Assembly: GCF_020745735.1 (NCBI RefSeq) | Contig: NC_083415.1 | Span: forward strand, 28,386,964-28,450,963 | Source of the DNA: Hemiscyllium ocellatum | Taxonomy: Eukaryota | Length of the DNA: 64,000 nucleotides | Reading direction: 5' to 3' | Shown: one piece after another, positions 1 through 12,898 of the stretch | Layout of the letters: each line of letters opens with the position of its first letter | Numbering within the stretch: the first letter of the stretch is position 1 | The notes under the pieces: model-generated | The model's input: only the letters and a program-made list of their open reading frames with translations | The model's database searches: none | Told to the model about the DNA's origin: nothing | Translations under genes and position numbers: made by a program

Positions 1-636
1 CGCAAGTAGGCGGCCTGTCTCCCCAATATAGAGGAGACCACATCGGATGCAGCGGATGCAGTAAATGATGTGTGTGGAGGTGCAGGTGAATTTGTGGTGG
101 ATATGGAAGGATCCTTTGGGGTCTTGGAGGGAAGTAAGGGGGGAGGTGTGGGCGCAAGTTTTGCATTTCTTGCGGTTGCAGGGGAAGGTGCTGGGAGTGG
201 AGGTTGGGTTGGTGGGGAGCGTGAACCTGACGAGGGAGTCACAGAGGGAATGGTCTTTTCAGAATGCTGATAGGGGAGGGGAGGGAAATATATCCCTGGT
301 GGTGGGGTCCGTTTGGAGGTGGCGGAAATGACGACGGATGATAAAATGTATATGGAGGTTGGTGGGGTGGTAGGTGAGGACCAGTGGGGTTCTGTCCTGG
401 TGGCAATTGGAGGGGCGGGGCTCAAGGGCGGAGGAACGGGAAGTGGAAGAGATGCGGTGGAGAGCATCGTCGATCACATCTGAGGGGAAATTGTGGTCTT
501 TGAAGAAGGAGGCCATCTGGGTTGTTCGGTATTGGAACTGGTCCTCCTGGGAGCAGGTGCGGCGGAGACAAAGGAATTGGGAATATGGGATGGCGTTTTT
601 ACAGGAGGCAGAGTGGGAGGAGGTGTAGTCTAGGTA
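1..636 (-). mobile_element. Penelope-like retroelement body (RT thumb/linker running into GIY-YIG endonuclease), truncated by the window edge
   Basis: Minus ORF 259..783 contains YLDYTSSH..CKNAIPYSQFLCLRRTCS...PLVLTYHP, typical of the PLE RT C-terminus; bases ~18-72 on minus read HIIYCIRCIRCGLLYIGET (GIY-YIG). Confidence 0.9.
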
Positions 637-1084
637 CACCGCATCTCCTCCCCTGCCCGCTCCTCCGCCCTTGAGCCTCGCCCCCTTCAATCGCCACCGG
701 GACAGAACCACACTGGTCCTCATCTTCCGCCGAGGAACCCTCCAACCACAAGGGATGAACTCAGATTTCTCCAGTTTCCTCATTTCTCCTCCTCCGACCT
801 TGTCTCAGTCCCAACCCTCGAACTCAGCACCGCCCTCCTAACCTGCAATTTTCTTCCTGACCTCTCCACCCCCACCCCACTCCGGCCTATCACCCTCACC
901 TTAACCTCCTTCTACCTATCGTATTTCCAACGCCTCTCCCCCAAGTCCCTCCTCCCTACCTTTTATCTTTGCCTGCTTGGCACACTTTCCTCATTCCTGA
1001 AGAAGGGCTCATGCCCAAAACGTTGATTCTCCTGCTCCTTGAATGCTGCCTGTCCTGCTGCGCTTTTCCAGCAACACATTTTCA
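637..1084 (+). mobile_element. Inverted, internally deleted sense copy of the same PLE ending in its 3' terminal repeat (family A)
   Basis: 637-728 is a diverged reverse complement of 369-459; it is followed by the end of the GIY-YIG frame (GTLQPQGMNSDFSSFLI), a C-rich UTR and the ...gatgctgcctgtcctgctgcgcttttccagcaacacattttc terminus shared with 9748-9815, 31953-32039 and 43978-44060. Confidence 0.85.
994..1029 (+). ncRNA. Degenerate minimal hammerhead ribozyme (PLE family A)
   Basis: ttc-CTGAAGA-A-GGGC-tcat-GCCC-AAAA(GAAA decayed)-CGT-T-gatt. Confidence 0.65.
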
Positions 1085-3661
1085 CCTATGCAATAATCAG
1101 AAGCTTCAGCATCCAAATGACTTGAACCTCACGCCAAGCACCATAAATAATCATCCCATGAAATCATGACTATATTTTGAACCAACAGTGAAATAATCTA
1201 TTCTTGCAGGACTCCAGGTTTTCAAAGTTTAAAAATAGCAAAAGCCTTACACTATGTTAGTTTCAATCAATTCACCTGAAATAATGTTATGACTGTCCAC
1301 ATAAGTGGGTTTTGCTAACATTAAAAATACACTTTGCAACTGAGTGATAAGTATTTTCTCATTTTAATTTGAAATTAACCACACTTAAAAATTTACAGCA
1401 TGGAACAGATAATATGAGAGCAAATTACAATATGTGTTAGAAATAGAATGCAATTTATTTTTCTACCTGAAGGTACATTTTGATTTTCAGAGTCTCCTTT
1501 TTATTCTCACTAACTCATTTATTGGTGATGCAGTCATTCAGGGTTGAATGTTCCCACATTTTGGCTAAATGTCAATTTTAAGGAGTTCCATAGAATTTCA
1601 ATTGCCCTCTGTGACAACTGTACAACTGTTCTTATGCAATTCCCTGCTGTCCAAGTGATTATTTATGTGTCTGACCTCCACAGGTTACTCTCAAGCAACC
1701 TTACACTGAGCAGAAGTGAAAGTTCCTCTGCACTAGGACCTTCTAGCATTCCTGACACTGCATTTAAATGTTAGCTGCACACCATTTCGAATACTGCAAG
1801 CCAGGAACTCTGACTAGTGCATTGTTGTACGATTTCCAAGATCATGAATGAGAAGGGGAGGTTAGCACCCCGTTTTTCTGTCAGTCCCGGTACACCAAGT
1901 GGTGGAGAAGAGAACTGTCCTCTTTCCTCATGGAGACCATAGCATCAGACACTACCAGCCTGGTCCATATTAGCCTCCTGTGTCAGCACAGTCTACAGCA
2001 CATGCAAAAATGCTGCAATAAGTTAATAATTAAATTCTACCATCTTCCCTTTTGATCCCTCATAGTCCCTCTAACTTTGCCATCGCACCCACATGCCCCA
2101 AGGCTCATGATCTACCACTCACTATTGCATGCAGCATCCTCATTTAATGGCTCTCATGTACCCTATCTTCCAAAACTACTAAGTCTGCTGACTCACTTAC
2201 TTGAGACACCTCATGACCTTACATGCACCTGCACCATCACTGACAGCTCTTCCAGCCACTTTTACCTCATTCAATTCCTCTCCTTGTCTCATTTCAGAAG
2301 AAAATACCCCACTATAGCGCTGAAAAGGCAGGGTATGAGAAAATCTGACTAGTAGGTTATAGCTATGAAAAAATATCAGAAAATTTTAACCATGCAGTTA
2401 CTGTACTTTATCCTGCATCTCAGATCTCAGGTTTATATTCAATGATTGTCAAAGTGCATGTTATAATAGCATCCAGTGCATTTTCACATTGCAATAGCTT
2501 CAGATCATATGCAACTTTAAATTTGAGATTCCACATTTATTCACAGGTATTTCATTATCTAAATGATTTTAAGTTTACCTGGTTTCCTTTTGGTCGGAGA
2601 TTGAAAACTGTTCTAATTTCTTTGCAGAGTCTGTCTAAGTCCCCTAACATTGGAACATCCCTCGCTATATTGCTCCCATTGCTACCTTGCAGCTTTCCCA
2701 TGTTATTGTCATTTCTCTTGCAGCCTCACTGTCTTCTCCATCAAACCCATTTATAACTTCCATGTTACCTCCTCGTGCCACCTCTGTCTCCGCTCAGGCC
2801 CCTGCACCTTCCTTGTATTTTTCCATTCATGTTGAAACCTTTCTTCTCTCCTGATTCCTTATGACCTCTTCCCTCTTTTCAAATTCCTTGTAGTCTCCTT
2901 CTGCTCTCACCCCTCTTGCAGCCTCCTTCTCCCATCAGACCAATTTGATAACCATCTTCTCCCACATTCAGCCTCCGTATCTTCATCCCTCCATTGACCT
3001 CCTCTCAGCCTCCTTTATCCAAACCCAGTGAAAGCCAGCCTCACACTAGCCAAACCTTTCCTAGGCTGGTTTCTATTTTCTACACGTTGGCAAAAGGCAC
3101 ACCCATCTTGCTCAATGGCTCCCTCACTGCTGGCACTTCTTTCCTAACTGCTTGTGTTTCATATTATCAGACGCTGCTTCTCTCATGCAGTTACTGCTGA
3201 TGGGCCGTTTAATGAGAGAAACAACAGCAAGCTCAGGAAAGAAACAGCCTGTGATAGGACTCCTCACTGATCCTCACAGGCACAGTTGATCTCAAATTGG
3301 TCACCCCCATGCTTGAATTTTCTAGTACCTTCTTGGAGCCTTGTGGGTATTCTGAGAGTTGGCAACTCCTGTTTTGCTTCACTGGGGCCATACCTCTTCA
3401 GAATAGAACATGATAAAGGGCATACTATGTCACCCAGTTTGCATCCTGACTTGAAACGAATGGCCATAGAAGCTCAAACTGTTGCACTAGGCAAAATGGA
3501 TCTCGAGCATTGGAACTTTTTCCCAGTGCAAAGCACCCACCATGTATCTGTCTGCAAAAACGTTGAAGGCAGTGAAGAGGAGGATGGTGCCAAAATTGAG
3601 GCCTCCTGCAGGGGATCAGGTGATTAGCACTGTATGTATGCACTGCAGTCTTGTGGGTACT

Positions 3662-3836
3662 CTGGGCAGGACACTATAAAAAAACCCTGCCTTTCTTCCA
3701 ATTAGTCACATGACTTATTACTTCCATCTTAGAAAGCAGATATGTTTGACTTCACATCTCCTTGAGAAACAGTGCTGAATTGTCAGCTTGGAATTTTGTG
3801 TTCAGGTCTTTGAAACGGGATTTAAATCCACAACCA
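3662..3836 (-). mobile_element. Old SINE fragment (DeuSINE/SacSINE1-like)
   Basis: Resembles the elements at 54930-55175 and 61665-61990 (caggacac..ccctgc..tgtcagc..ttttgtgttcaggtct..gggatttaaatccacaacc); recognised from memory. Confidence 0.45.
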
Positions 3837-4180
3837 TTTGATTAAGAGGCAAGCACATCGAACAGCATTGTAAATATTAGCTTTCAGGCAATTTATCATT
3901 TCCATCATTAATGCTCTAAAGTGTGCTACATTTGTCTCCCTAAGTTCATTATTTACTAATATTAGTGATTGGACCATCCACTGTTTGAAGTTATATCTGT
4001 ACAACTTGAGCAAAGTATTATATCTCTTTTTGAATATTTCCATGGGTGTGTTACCGAAGCGTTTTTAATGCTTTACAACTTCAGCAAACAGAACGTTTTA
4101 CGATATTTAGTATTCTACTCAATAGTTTATGATATAAGAAAATAGACTGTGAACTAGATTAAGTTCTGTTTAAGATACTT

Positions 4181-4204
4181 TATATATATATATATATATA
4201 TATA
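4181..4204. repeat. (TA)12 microsatellite
   Basis: Directly visible. Confidence 0.95.
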
Positions 4205-4989
4205 AAATACAATTCAAGGACAAACTTTAAATTCATGACTTCAGAGCTTATGGTTAAATTTAATCTTCATATTTACCATAAGGACCTATTATTTTGTTAT
4301 TTGGTATAATGTGTTTGCATATAGCATGCACCACTTAAAATTCCAAGAAGCAACATTCAATTATTTCCTTGTATCATACTATTTCTGCCATACCTATATT
4401 TCATATTTAAATTATACCCATCCACATATTCACATAAGTTTGAGTGAATTTTCATGTTTACAATTAAAAACCAATCATTTTATCAGCCTCTTAATAATTA
4501 GTGATAAATTCTTGGTGTCAGAAATGTACTTTGTTTTCTTATACATTTTAGAAAACATAAACATTTGAATTGGATACAACCTTGTCATGGTAGATGTTGC
4601 AAAACGTGTCAGACTGTCAACACAGATATCACTATTATGTGCAGGGACACCTCCCACCATGTATATAGCAGGTACTCTTGCAACTCAGCCAACGTTGTCT
4701 ATCTCATACGCTGCAGGAGAGGGTGCCCTGAGGCATGGTACATTGGCGAGACCAAGCAGAGGCTATGGTAACGGATGAATGGACACAGCACAAGAATCAA
4801 GAGACAGGAGCGTTCCCTCTCAGTCGGAGAACACTTCAGCAGTCCAAGACATTCGACCTTTGGGACAGGCAACATAAAAAGTGGCTGAGCAGAGGCTGAT
4901 AACCAAGTTCGGTACCCATGGAGATGGCCTCAACCAGGATCTTGGGTTCATATCACACTACAGGTGACCCCATTGCACTATATACATGC

Positions 4990-5243
4990 ACAGACAGACA
5001 GACACACACACACACAGATAAACAGTCACAGACACACACCTACAGACACACACCCACATACACACACACACATTCATGCAGACCCTCTGTCAAACACTCA
5101 CACATACACTCCCACACACACCCTCTCACAGACTTATACCCTTTACACTCACACTCACACACACGCACACACTCTCTCACAGACATTCAACCACGCACCC
5201 ACCACACACACCCACACACATACACACCGCACACATGCATACA
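4990..5243. repeat. Imperfect (CA)n/CAGA microsatellite inside the PLE 3' UTR
   Basis: Directly visible; it explains the His/Thr-rich spurious ORFs 4918..5330. Confidence 0.9.
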
Positions 5244-5631
5244 CTTGTAAGTTTGTGGGGTGAATTTGTACTTGCAGAATTACATTTTATTTTGCTCAAA
5301 AACTGCATTAATCCAGGTAAGATTCTGTAAATCTGTTTTTTAGATTAGAATCAGTCTGCCCATTGCAGTACAGACAGCCTCACACAGGGAAACTCACAAC
5401 TTCAATACATTACCTGGGCCAACATGACACCAATTGTTAAAGCTCACTTGAGAATGTAACTTTTTAAAATGTTTTGCAATTTACGTATGAAAGAACTGAA
5501 ACCAACATGGTCATTCTAAAAGATGAGAGACTTAACAAACAACCCAGTCTTTTTCAATGTATAATTTCAGTTATATCACACTGTAAACTTTTGCTATAAA
5601 TTCTGTGTCTTACAATCTTATTCTCCATAAC

Positions 5632-5666
5632 CACCTGATGAAGGAACAGTGCTCCAAAGGTTAGTG
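5632..5666 (+). ncRNA. Degenerate minimal hammerhead ribozyme (PLE family B)
   Basis: cac-CTGATGA-A-GGAAC-agt-GCTCC-aaag-gtt-a-gtg; stem I CAC/GTG; a better-preserved homologue lies at 37844-37878 (-). Confidence 0.55.
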
Positions 5667-6789
5667 CTTCCAAATAAAGCTGTTGGACTAAAACCTGGCA
5701 TTGTGTAATTTTTAACTTTAAACATTTGAAGTGCGTGCAAATTTTAAGGAGTTTTTTTCTAGTTTAAAATGGGAATCTTGTTCAAAGTACGAGTACAAAA
5801 TCCTTAAAGAGCCTTCTGTTATCATTGACCATACAATAATTCAGCTGGTGGGACCCAGACTCTTTATAACTCATCTGCCTCTGCCCTAACCGGGATCCCA
5901 GACAAGGTGAAACTTTCAGTCGAGTCCGTTCATTAATAAAGTAGAACCCTGTATCTTGAGCATTTTAAATTACTATTCAATCTCCTGTGGCAGTGCTGTT
6001 AGGAAAACAAAACCTCGACACTCTTGGAAGTATTATTTTACTATTCCCAAATGAAATGAAGACAACACACGTGAAAACAGAAAACAGTGAAATCTATGTG
6101 TTAATAGCACGGGGATTAAAAATTAAGGTTTTAACACAGATATTAAATCACAATAAAATATGCTTTATGACACAATGGAAAATTAAACTCCCAAACATCA
6201 ACAAAAACACTATGCTTTACGATTTACCGATGTGAACCACAAGACTTTAGTAAGCATCGCAGAACAGCTAAGTAGTCACCAGTGAATTTAAAAATGAATA
6301 TGACCAGAAAATGAATAAATTACCTTCCGCACTGAGCAGCAATTAATAAATTAATATAAGCAATGGGCAGAAGTACATGAAATAGAAAACTGAACAGCAG
6401 TAAATTGCTATGTTCACTGCTGTATGAACTTAGCAACAAATTAATTAATCAATGAACAGTGGATGCACCAGACAAGTCTACAAGGGGATACTTTTAACTC
6501 TTCCTATCTGCTGGTAATGCGTCAGCTAGATATTTAACATCATTACATCACCTACATTTTCACTGTTCATTTAGCCTTGCTGGCTGCTATTTTGAGTGCA
6601 TAGTTTTCCATATTGGCCAAGGTACATGTAGTGATCTTGTGACTATGTGAGTCAGCATTTTCACATGAAGTCTTTGTCCAGTACTCAATCCACCAGAAAA
6701 TAATTGTAGGAGCAACGGTGAGGCTGGTTCATCCATCCAGGATTCTCACATTTTAAAAAAAAGACAACAGGAAGCAGCTGAAACTTTCC

Positions 6790-7431
6790 CATAAATGGAG
6801 AAAAATGCCTGACTGCCTCACAAGTTTTAATGAAGTCGAAGATAATAGAATTGGCAAAAATTGAAATTTCTTGCAAAAATTACAAAGGCAGAGATAATTG
6901 ATGCACTATCACTGTATTAGGGATCGGTGGAAATACAACAGAGACCAAGTACTCCAAGCAGTGAGTCATCAAAATTAGCTAATAGTTCTGATTAAATTTG
7001 TTGGGGAAAGAAACAATTAAATATAGAATTCTAAAGAGTAAAGAAAAAGGAAGCAAAGAATAATAGAATTGAAAAAACATGGGAAAAGGAATTAAAATTA
7101 AAAGGCTTGAATTTGGGAGAAGGAAATATTTAAGAAGCTGTAACTGCATTAAGAAATGCAAAGGAAAATAGAAGAGAGACTGAAAAAGTGAAAGAAAGGG
7201 AACATCAGCTTACAATGATAAAAAAAAACCCTCAGATGTACAGCAATGTTCTGATGAGATTGAAGCCAGCTATAATGTACAGTCCAATAAGGAAAGCTTT
7301 AAATTATGCAAATCTAACTAAAATTTGAGGAAAGCCTTTGTTAGGGCATTTGAAAAAGTTGTAAAACAAATGAAATGGCCAAAGGAAAGCTGGAAGTTGC
7401 CCATTTAGAGCAGGTTGAAAGGTAGAGCAAA
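6790..7431 (+). pseudogene. Heavily decayed Gypsy (Gmr1-like) gag N-terminal region
   Basis: Frameshifted translation gives ..KIIELAK..KAEIIDALS.., an E/K-rich coil, then AFEKVVKQMKWPKESWKL..SRLKGRA; same motif order as the gag at 29898-30560. Confidence 0.7.
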
Positions 7432-8246
7432 TTAACTCCACAGAGGCTGTCGCCAAGTCACCCTTTATTTAAACATGGAGAGACCTTGACACTGATCCAA
7501 CTTCAGAGTGAACAGGATGTCTGACAGTCCTGTTTCTATCCATCAGCCAGGGCTCCCTGATTGGACCAGATTAACAGCCCAAGTCAGGGAACTCATTATA
7601 TGAGGTCCACCTGACTGGCCTCATTACAATCATCACATCCCTCCCCCTTTGAGTCTGAGAACATAGGCTGGCTCTTTGTTTTTGCAGCTCTTCCTAGGGC
7701 ATTTTAGAACTGAGATTGGTCTCTCCAACTCTGTTTCTGATACAGGTTATGTATAATGCACAGTAGCTCGCCTCTTTGGCCCAAAGCATCTTAGAAAAAC
7801 ATTCATTCTTTTCTGTAGGTGGCAAAGGGTTTATGGCAGTGACATCGGCTGTGTCCATCTCAGATTCTGAGGTATCCCCAATGTTTAATAGAGAGGGAAA
7901 AACCATGGGTTCTGGAACAGTCGGAAAGGCAGTTGAGGAGTGAGGCATGTTTTACTCCCGCACTGTTTGCATGTTGCAGTTTTCATATGGTCCAAGTGCT
8001 TATTCAGGACTGTTGCACCTATCTGAACTTTATGCATCTTTGGTTCTGACCTTGAGTCAGCAATGCCTCTTACCCATGCAGGGCCATTTCCATTGTTCCT
8101 ACATAAAACTTTGTCCCTGAAGTAAACAGTGTCTCTCACTTACCGGAGTCTTGTGTCGGGCACTGATGTTCCTGGTGCTGTTTCACCCTCCCCCCTCCAG
8201 GTCTGGGAAGATTAGGCATAACCTGGTGTGGAGTATTCTCTTCATT
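7432..8246 (-). mobile_element. 3' end of a Gypsy LTR retrotransposon: integrase C-terminus, polypurine tract (7638-7650) and 3' LTR (~7432-7637)
   Basis: Minus-strand peptides MKRILHTRLCLIFPDL and DKVLCRNNGNGPAWVRG..HKVQIGATVLNKHLDHMK; AAAGGGGGAGGGA directly precedes TGTGATG; LTR homologous to 39835-40020. Confidence 0.8.
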
Positions 8247-8249
8247 AAA

Positions 8250-8907
8250 TAAATGTGAGGTGCTGAAATTTGATAAGGCAAATCAGGACAGGACTTATAC
8301 ACTTAATGGTAATGTCTCTACATTCAGCACCATCCCCCAGGAGCTTCATAGAGTGCAGCTTCATAGTTCCTTGAAAGTGGAGTCACAGGTAGGCAGGATA
8401 GTGGTATGGTATGCTTGCCTTTATTGGTTAGTGTGCCGAGTATAGGAGTTGGGAGGCTGTACAGGACAATGGCTGTACTTAGTGCAATTTTGGTCCACCT
8501 GCTATAGGAAGGATGTTGTGAAACTTGAAAGGGCTCAAAAAAGATTTACAAGGGTGGTGCCATGGTTGGAGGGTTTGAGCTAAAGGGTGAGGTTGAATAG
8601 ACTGGTGCTATTTTCCCTGGTGCGTCAGAGGCTGAGGGGTGACCTTTTAGATGTTTATAAAATCATGACGGGCATGGATAGGTTAAATAGATAAGATCAT
8701 TTCTCTAGGGTGGGGGAGTCCAAGCTTAGAGGAAACAGTTTAAGGTGAGATGGGAAAAATTAAAAAGGGAACTATTTAAGGAGCAACTTTTTCACGCAGA
8801 GAATGGAATGGTGCGTGTATGGAATGAGCTGCTACAGGAAGTGGTGGAGGCTGGTACAATTATAAAATTTAAATGGCAGCTGGATGAGTATATGAATAGT
8901 AAAGTTT
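8250..8907 (+). mobile_element. CR1 LINE 3' fragment, split by a 5.2-kb insertion (continues at 14133)
   Basis: Homologous to 22050-22710 and 63000-63645. Confidence 0.9.
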
Positions 8908-9613
8908 AGAACATAGAACATATAGACGAATACAGAGTAGAACAAGCCTTTCAGCCCTCGATGTTGCGCTGACCTGTGAACTATTCTCATCTCGTCCTCC
9001 TACTGTATCCCATCATCATCCATGTGCTTATCTAAGGATTGTTTAAATCTCCCTAATGTGGCTGAGTTAACTACATTGGCAGGCAGGGCATTCCATGCCC
9101 TTAGCATTCTCTGAGTAAAGAACCTGCCTCTGACATCTGTCTTAAATCTATCACCCCTCAATTTGTAGTTATGCCCCTCATACAAGCTGATGTCATCATC
9201 CCAGGAAAAGGACTTTCACTGTCTACCCTAACTAATCCTCTGATCATCTTAGCTTTCTACTTTCCAATGAGAACAGACCCAAGTCTCTCAGCCTTTCCTT
9301 ATAAGACCTTTCCTCCAAACCAGGCAACATCCTGGTAAATCTCCTCTGCACCTTTTCCAATGCTTCCACATCCTCTCTGTAATGGGGCAACCAGAACTGT
9401 ACACAATATTACAAGTATGGCTGCAGTGGTGTTTTGTACAATTGCAGCATGACATTACAGCTCTGGAACTCAGTCCCTTTACCAATAAAACCTAATATAC
9501 TGTATGCCTTCTTAACAGCACTATCAACTTTCAGGGATCTATGTGCATGGACTCCAAGATTCCTCTGCACATCCACACTACCAAAAGCTTTCGACTGACC
9601 CAGTACTCTGCCT

Positions 9614-9814
9614 AGGTAAAAACAATGACTGGAGATACTGGAAACCAGATTCTGGATTAGTAGTGCTGGAAGAGCACAGCAGTTCAGGCAGCATCTGAGG
9701 AGCAGTAAAATCGACGTTTCGGGCAAAAGCTTTATTCCTGATGAAGGGCTTTTGACCGAAATGTCGATTTTACTGCTCCTCGGATGCTGCCTGAATTGCT
9801 GTGCTCTTCCAGCA
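9614..9814. mobile_element. Fold-back PLE-terminus mini-element (family A) with hammerhead motif, inserted into CR1
   Basis: Arms 9663-9730 and 9748-9815 are reverse complements (64/68); direct repeat CCAGTACTCTGCCT at 9600-9613 and 9815-9828; CTGATGA-A-GGGC-tttt-GACC-GAAA-TGT-C at 9738-9765. Confidence 0.9.
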
Positions 9815-11960
9815 CCAGTACTCTGCCTTCCTGTTATTCTTCCCAAAGTGAATCAGCTCGAATCTAGCTGCATTGAACTCCATTTGACACCTCTCAGCTC
9901 AATTCTGCAGTTTATCCAAGTCCTTCTGCAACCTGCAACATTCTTCCACACTGACCACTATTCCACCGACCTTAATGTCATCTGCAAACTTACTAACTCA
10001 TCCACCTATGCCTGCGTCTAAGTCATCTATAAAAATGACAAACAACAGTAGTCCCAAAACAGATCCTTGTGGCACACCACTAGTAACCGGACTCCAGGTT
10101 AACTCGCTGCCTTCTTACAGAAAGCCAGTTTCTAATCCAAACTGCTAAATCACCCTCAATCCCATACCTCTGCATTTTTTCCAAGTCCATGTACACCACG
10201 TCAACTGCCCTACCCTCGTCCATGTGCTTGGTCACCCTCTCAAAAACCCAATGATGTTTGTGAGACATGACCTGTCCTTGACAAAACCATGTTGACTATC
10301 TGCAATTAAATTGTTGCTTGCTAGATAATTAGAAATCCTATCTCTTAGAATCCTTTCCAAATCTTTTCCTACAACAGACGTAAGGTTCACTGGTCTATAA
10401 TTACCTGGGTCATCTCTACTGCCCTTCTTGAACAAGGGCACAACATTTGCAATCCTCCAGTCCTCTAGTACTAAACCTGCAGACAATGATGACTCAAATA
10501 TCAAAGCCAAAGGCTCCACCATCTCATCCCTAACCTCCCAGAGTATCCTTGGATAAATCCCATCCAGCCCAGGGGACTTTTCTACTTTCACTCTTTCTAG
10601 AATTGATAATACCTCTTCCTTACTAACCTCGATCCTTTCTAGTCTAATATCTCATATCTCATTCTTCTCCTCTACTATGTTCTCCTTTCTCCGAGTGAAA
10701 ACCAATGAGAAATAATTGTTTAGCATCTCTTTGATCTCTACAGGGTCCACACACAACTTCCCACTTTCTGTCTTTGGCTGGAACTATTCCTACCCTGGTC
10801 ATCCTTTTATTCCTCACATACTTATAGAAAGCTTTAGGGTTCTCCTTTATTCTACCTGCTAAAGACTGATCATGTCCTCTCTTTGCTCTTCTTAACTTTG
10901 TCTTTAAAATCTTCCTAGCTGATCTGTAACTCTCCATCGCCTCATCTGAACCATCTCGCCTCATTGTCATGTAAGCCTCCTTCTTCCACTTAACAAGAGA
11001 TGCAATTTCTGTAGTAAACCATGGTTCCCTTACCTTATCACTTCCTCCCTGCCTGACAGGGACATAACTATAAAGGACACGCAATATCTGTTCCTTAAAC
11101 CAGCTTCACATTTGAATGTCCCCGTTCCCTGCATTTTGCTATCCCATTCTGTGCCCTCTACGTCTTGCCTAATCGCATTATAATTGCCTTTGCCCCATTG
11201 ACAACTCTAACCCTGTGGCATGTACCTATCTCTAAACTGAACGTAACTGAATTATGGTCACTCTCTCCAAAGTGCTCACCAAAAACTAAATCAAACACCT
11301 GGCCTGGTTCGTTACCAAGCACCAGATCCAGTGTGGCCTCCCTCTTGTCAGCCCTTCGACATACTGTGTCAGGAAACCCTCCTGCACACATTGGACAAAA
11401 ACTGATCCATCCGACATCCTAAAGTTATAGCATTTCCAATCAATGTTGGGGAAGTTAAAGTCCCCCATAATGACCACCCTGTTCCTTTCACTCCTACCCA
11501 GAATCATTTTGCCAATCCTCTTCTCCACCACCCTGGAACTCTGTGGAGACCTATAAAAAACTCCCAGGAGTGTGACCCCTCCTCTCCTATTTCTAACCTC
11601 AGCTCATACTACTTCAGTAGATGAGTCCCCGTCAAAAGTTCTTTCAGCCACCGTTATACTATCCTTGACTAACAAGGCCACACCTCCCCCTTTTTAATGC
11701 CTTGCCTATTCTAAATGAAAGATCTAAACCCTGGAACTTGCAACATCCATTGCTGACCCTGCTCTATCCATGTCTCCGAAATGGCCACAACAACGAAGTC
11801 ACAGCTACCTATCCATGCTGCAACTCATCTACCTTATTTCGGATACTTATGGCATTGAAGTAGACACACTTCAAGTCAACTTGCTGTCTGCCAGAACATT
11901 CCTGTGACTGTGAAATCTTGTCCATGCCCTCCCTACTCTCATCCTCCTGTGCACTGGAAC

Positions 11961-12898
11961 AAAGAACAAAGAAAATTTACAGCCCAGGAACAGGCCCTTC
12001 AGCCCTCCAAGCCTGAGCTGATCCAAATCTACTTTCTAAACCTGTTGATCAATTCCTAAGCATCTGTATCCCTCTGCTCCCCACCTACTCATGCATCTGT
12101 CCACACGTTATTGACACGCACTATCCTCTGTGTAAAGCACTTGCCGCATATATCCTCCTTAAACTTTTCACCTCTCACCTTGAAAGCGTGACCTCTCGTT
12201 ATTGAATCCTTCACCCTGGGAAAAAGCCTATCTCTATCTACCCTGTCTATACCCTCCTCTGTTCATTGCTTGCACCTTCCATACCAGGCAACATCCTTGT
12301 AAACCTTCTGTCCACCCTCTCCAGAGCATCCACATCCTTTTGGTAATGTGGCGACCAGAACTGTACACAGTATTCTAAATGCAGCCGAACCAATGTCTGA
12401 TACAATTTTAACATAACCTGCCAGCTCATATTCTCAATACCCTGTCCGATGAATGCAGGCATACCATATGCCTTCTTGACCACTTTATCCACCTGTGCAG
12501 CTACATTCAGGGTACAATGGACCTCACTCCCAGATCTCTCTACTCATCAACTTTTCCCAAGACTCTTCCTTTCATTGTATAATTCACTCTAGAATTAGCC
12601 TTGCTCAAATTCATCACCACACATTTCTCTGGATTAAACTCCATCTGCCACTTTTCTGCCCAACTCTTCAGTCTATCTAAAATCTCCTGTATTCTTTGAC
12701 AGTCCCTTATGCTTTCTGCTACTCCACCAATCTTCATGTCATCTGCAAACTTGCTGATCATACCAACAGTGCACTTTTCCAGATCATTTATATACATTGC
12801 AAACAACAGTGGCCCCAGCACTGATCCCTGTGGAACACCACTGGTCACCTTTCTCCATTTTGAGAAACTCCCTTCAACTACTGCTCTCCATCTCCTGT
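11961..12898 (-). mobile_element. 5'-truncated CR1 LINE nested in the larger CR1
   Basis: ORF 12540..12953 [25 protein letters not shown]; (TTTGTTC)n tail; 6-bp duplication TGGAAC at 11955-11960 and 12899-12904. Confidence 0.9.

Larger units (their letters stand above)
4570..5718 (+). mobile_element. 5'-truncated Penelope-like element (family B): GIY-YIG remnant, CA-rich UTR and terminal repeat
   Basis: ORF 4565..4771 PCHGRCCKTC..YSCNSANVVYLIRCRRGCPEAWYIGETKQRL; 12-bp TSD TAAACATTTGAA at 4558-4569 and 5719-5730. Confidence 0.9.

Noticed and set aside
4918-5330. His/Thr-rich ORFs
   Set aside because: Translations of a CA microsatellite within a PLE UTR
6324-6331. Minus-strand 8-nt microexon (ctcAG|TGCGGAAG|GTAATT)
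   Set aside because: Frame-shifting length and weak polypyrimidine tract; likely chance
9614-9814. Hairpins as classical DNA-transposon MITEs or miRNA genes
   Set aside because: The arms are asymmetric and homologous to the 3' termini of GIY-YIG-coding PLEs in this same window; the TSDs are not TA/TTAA/8-bp type
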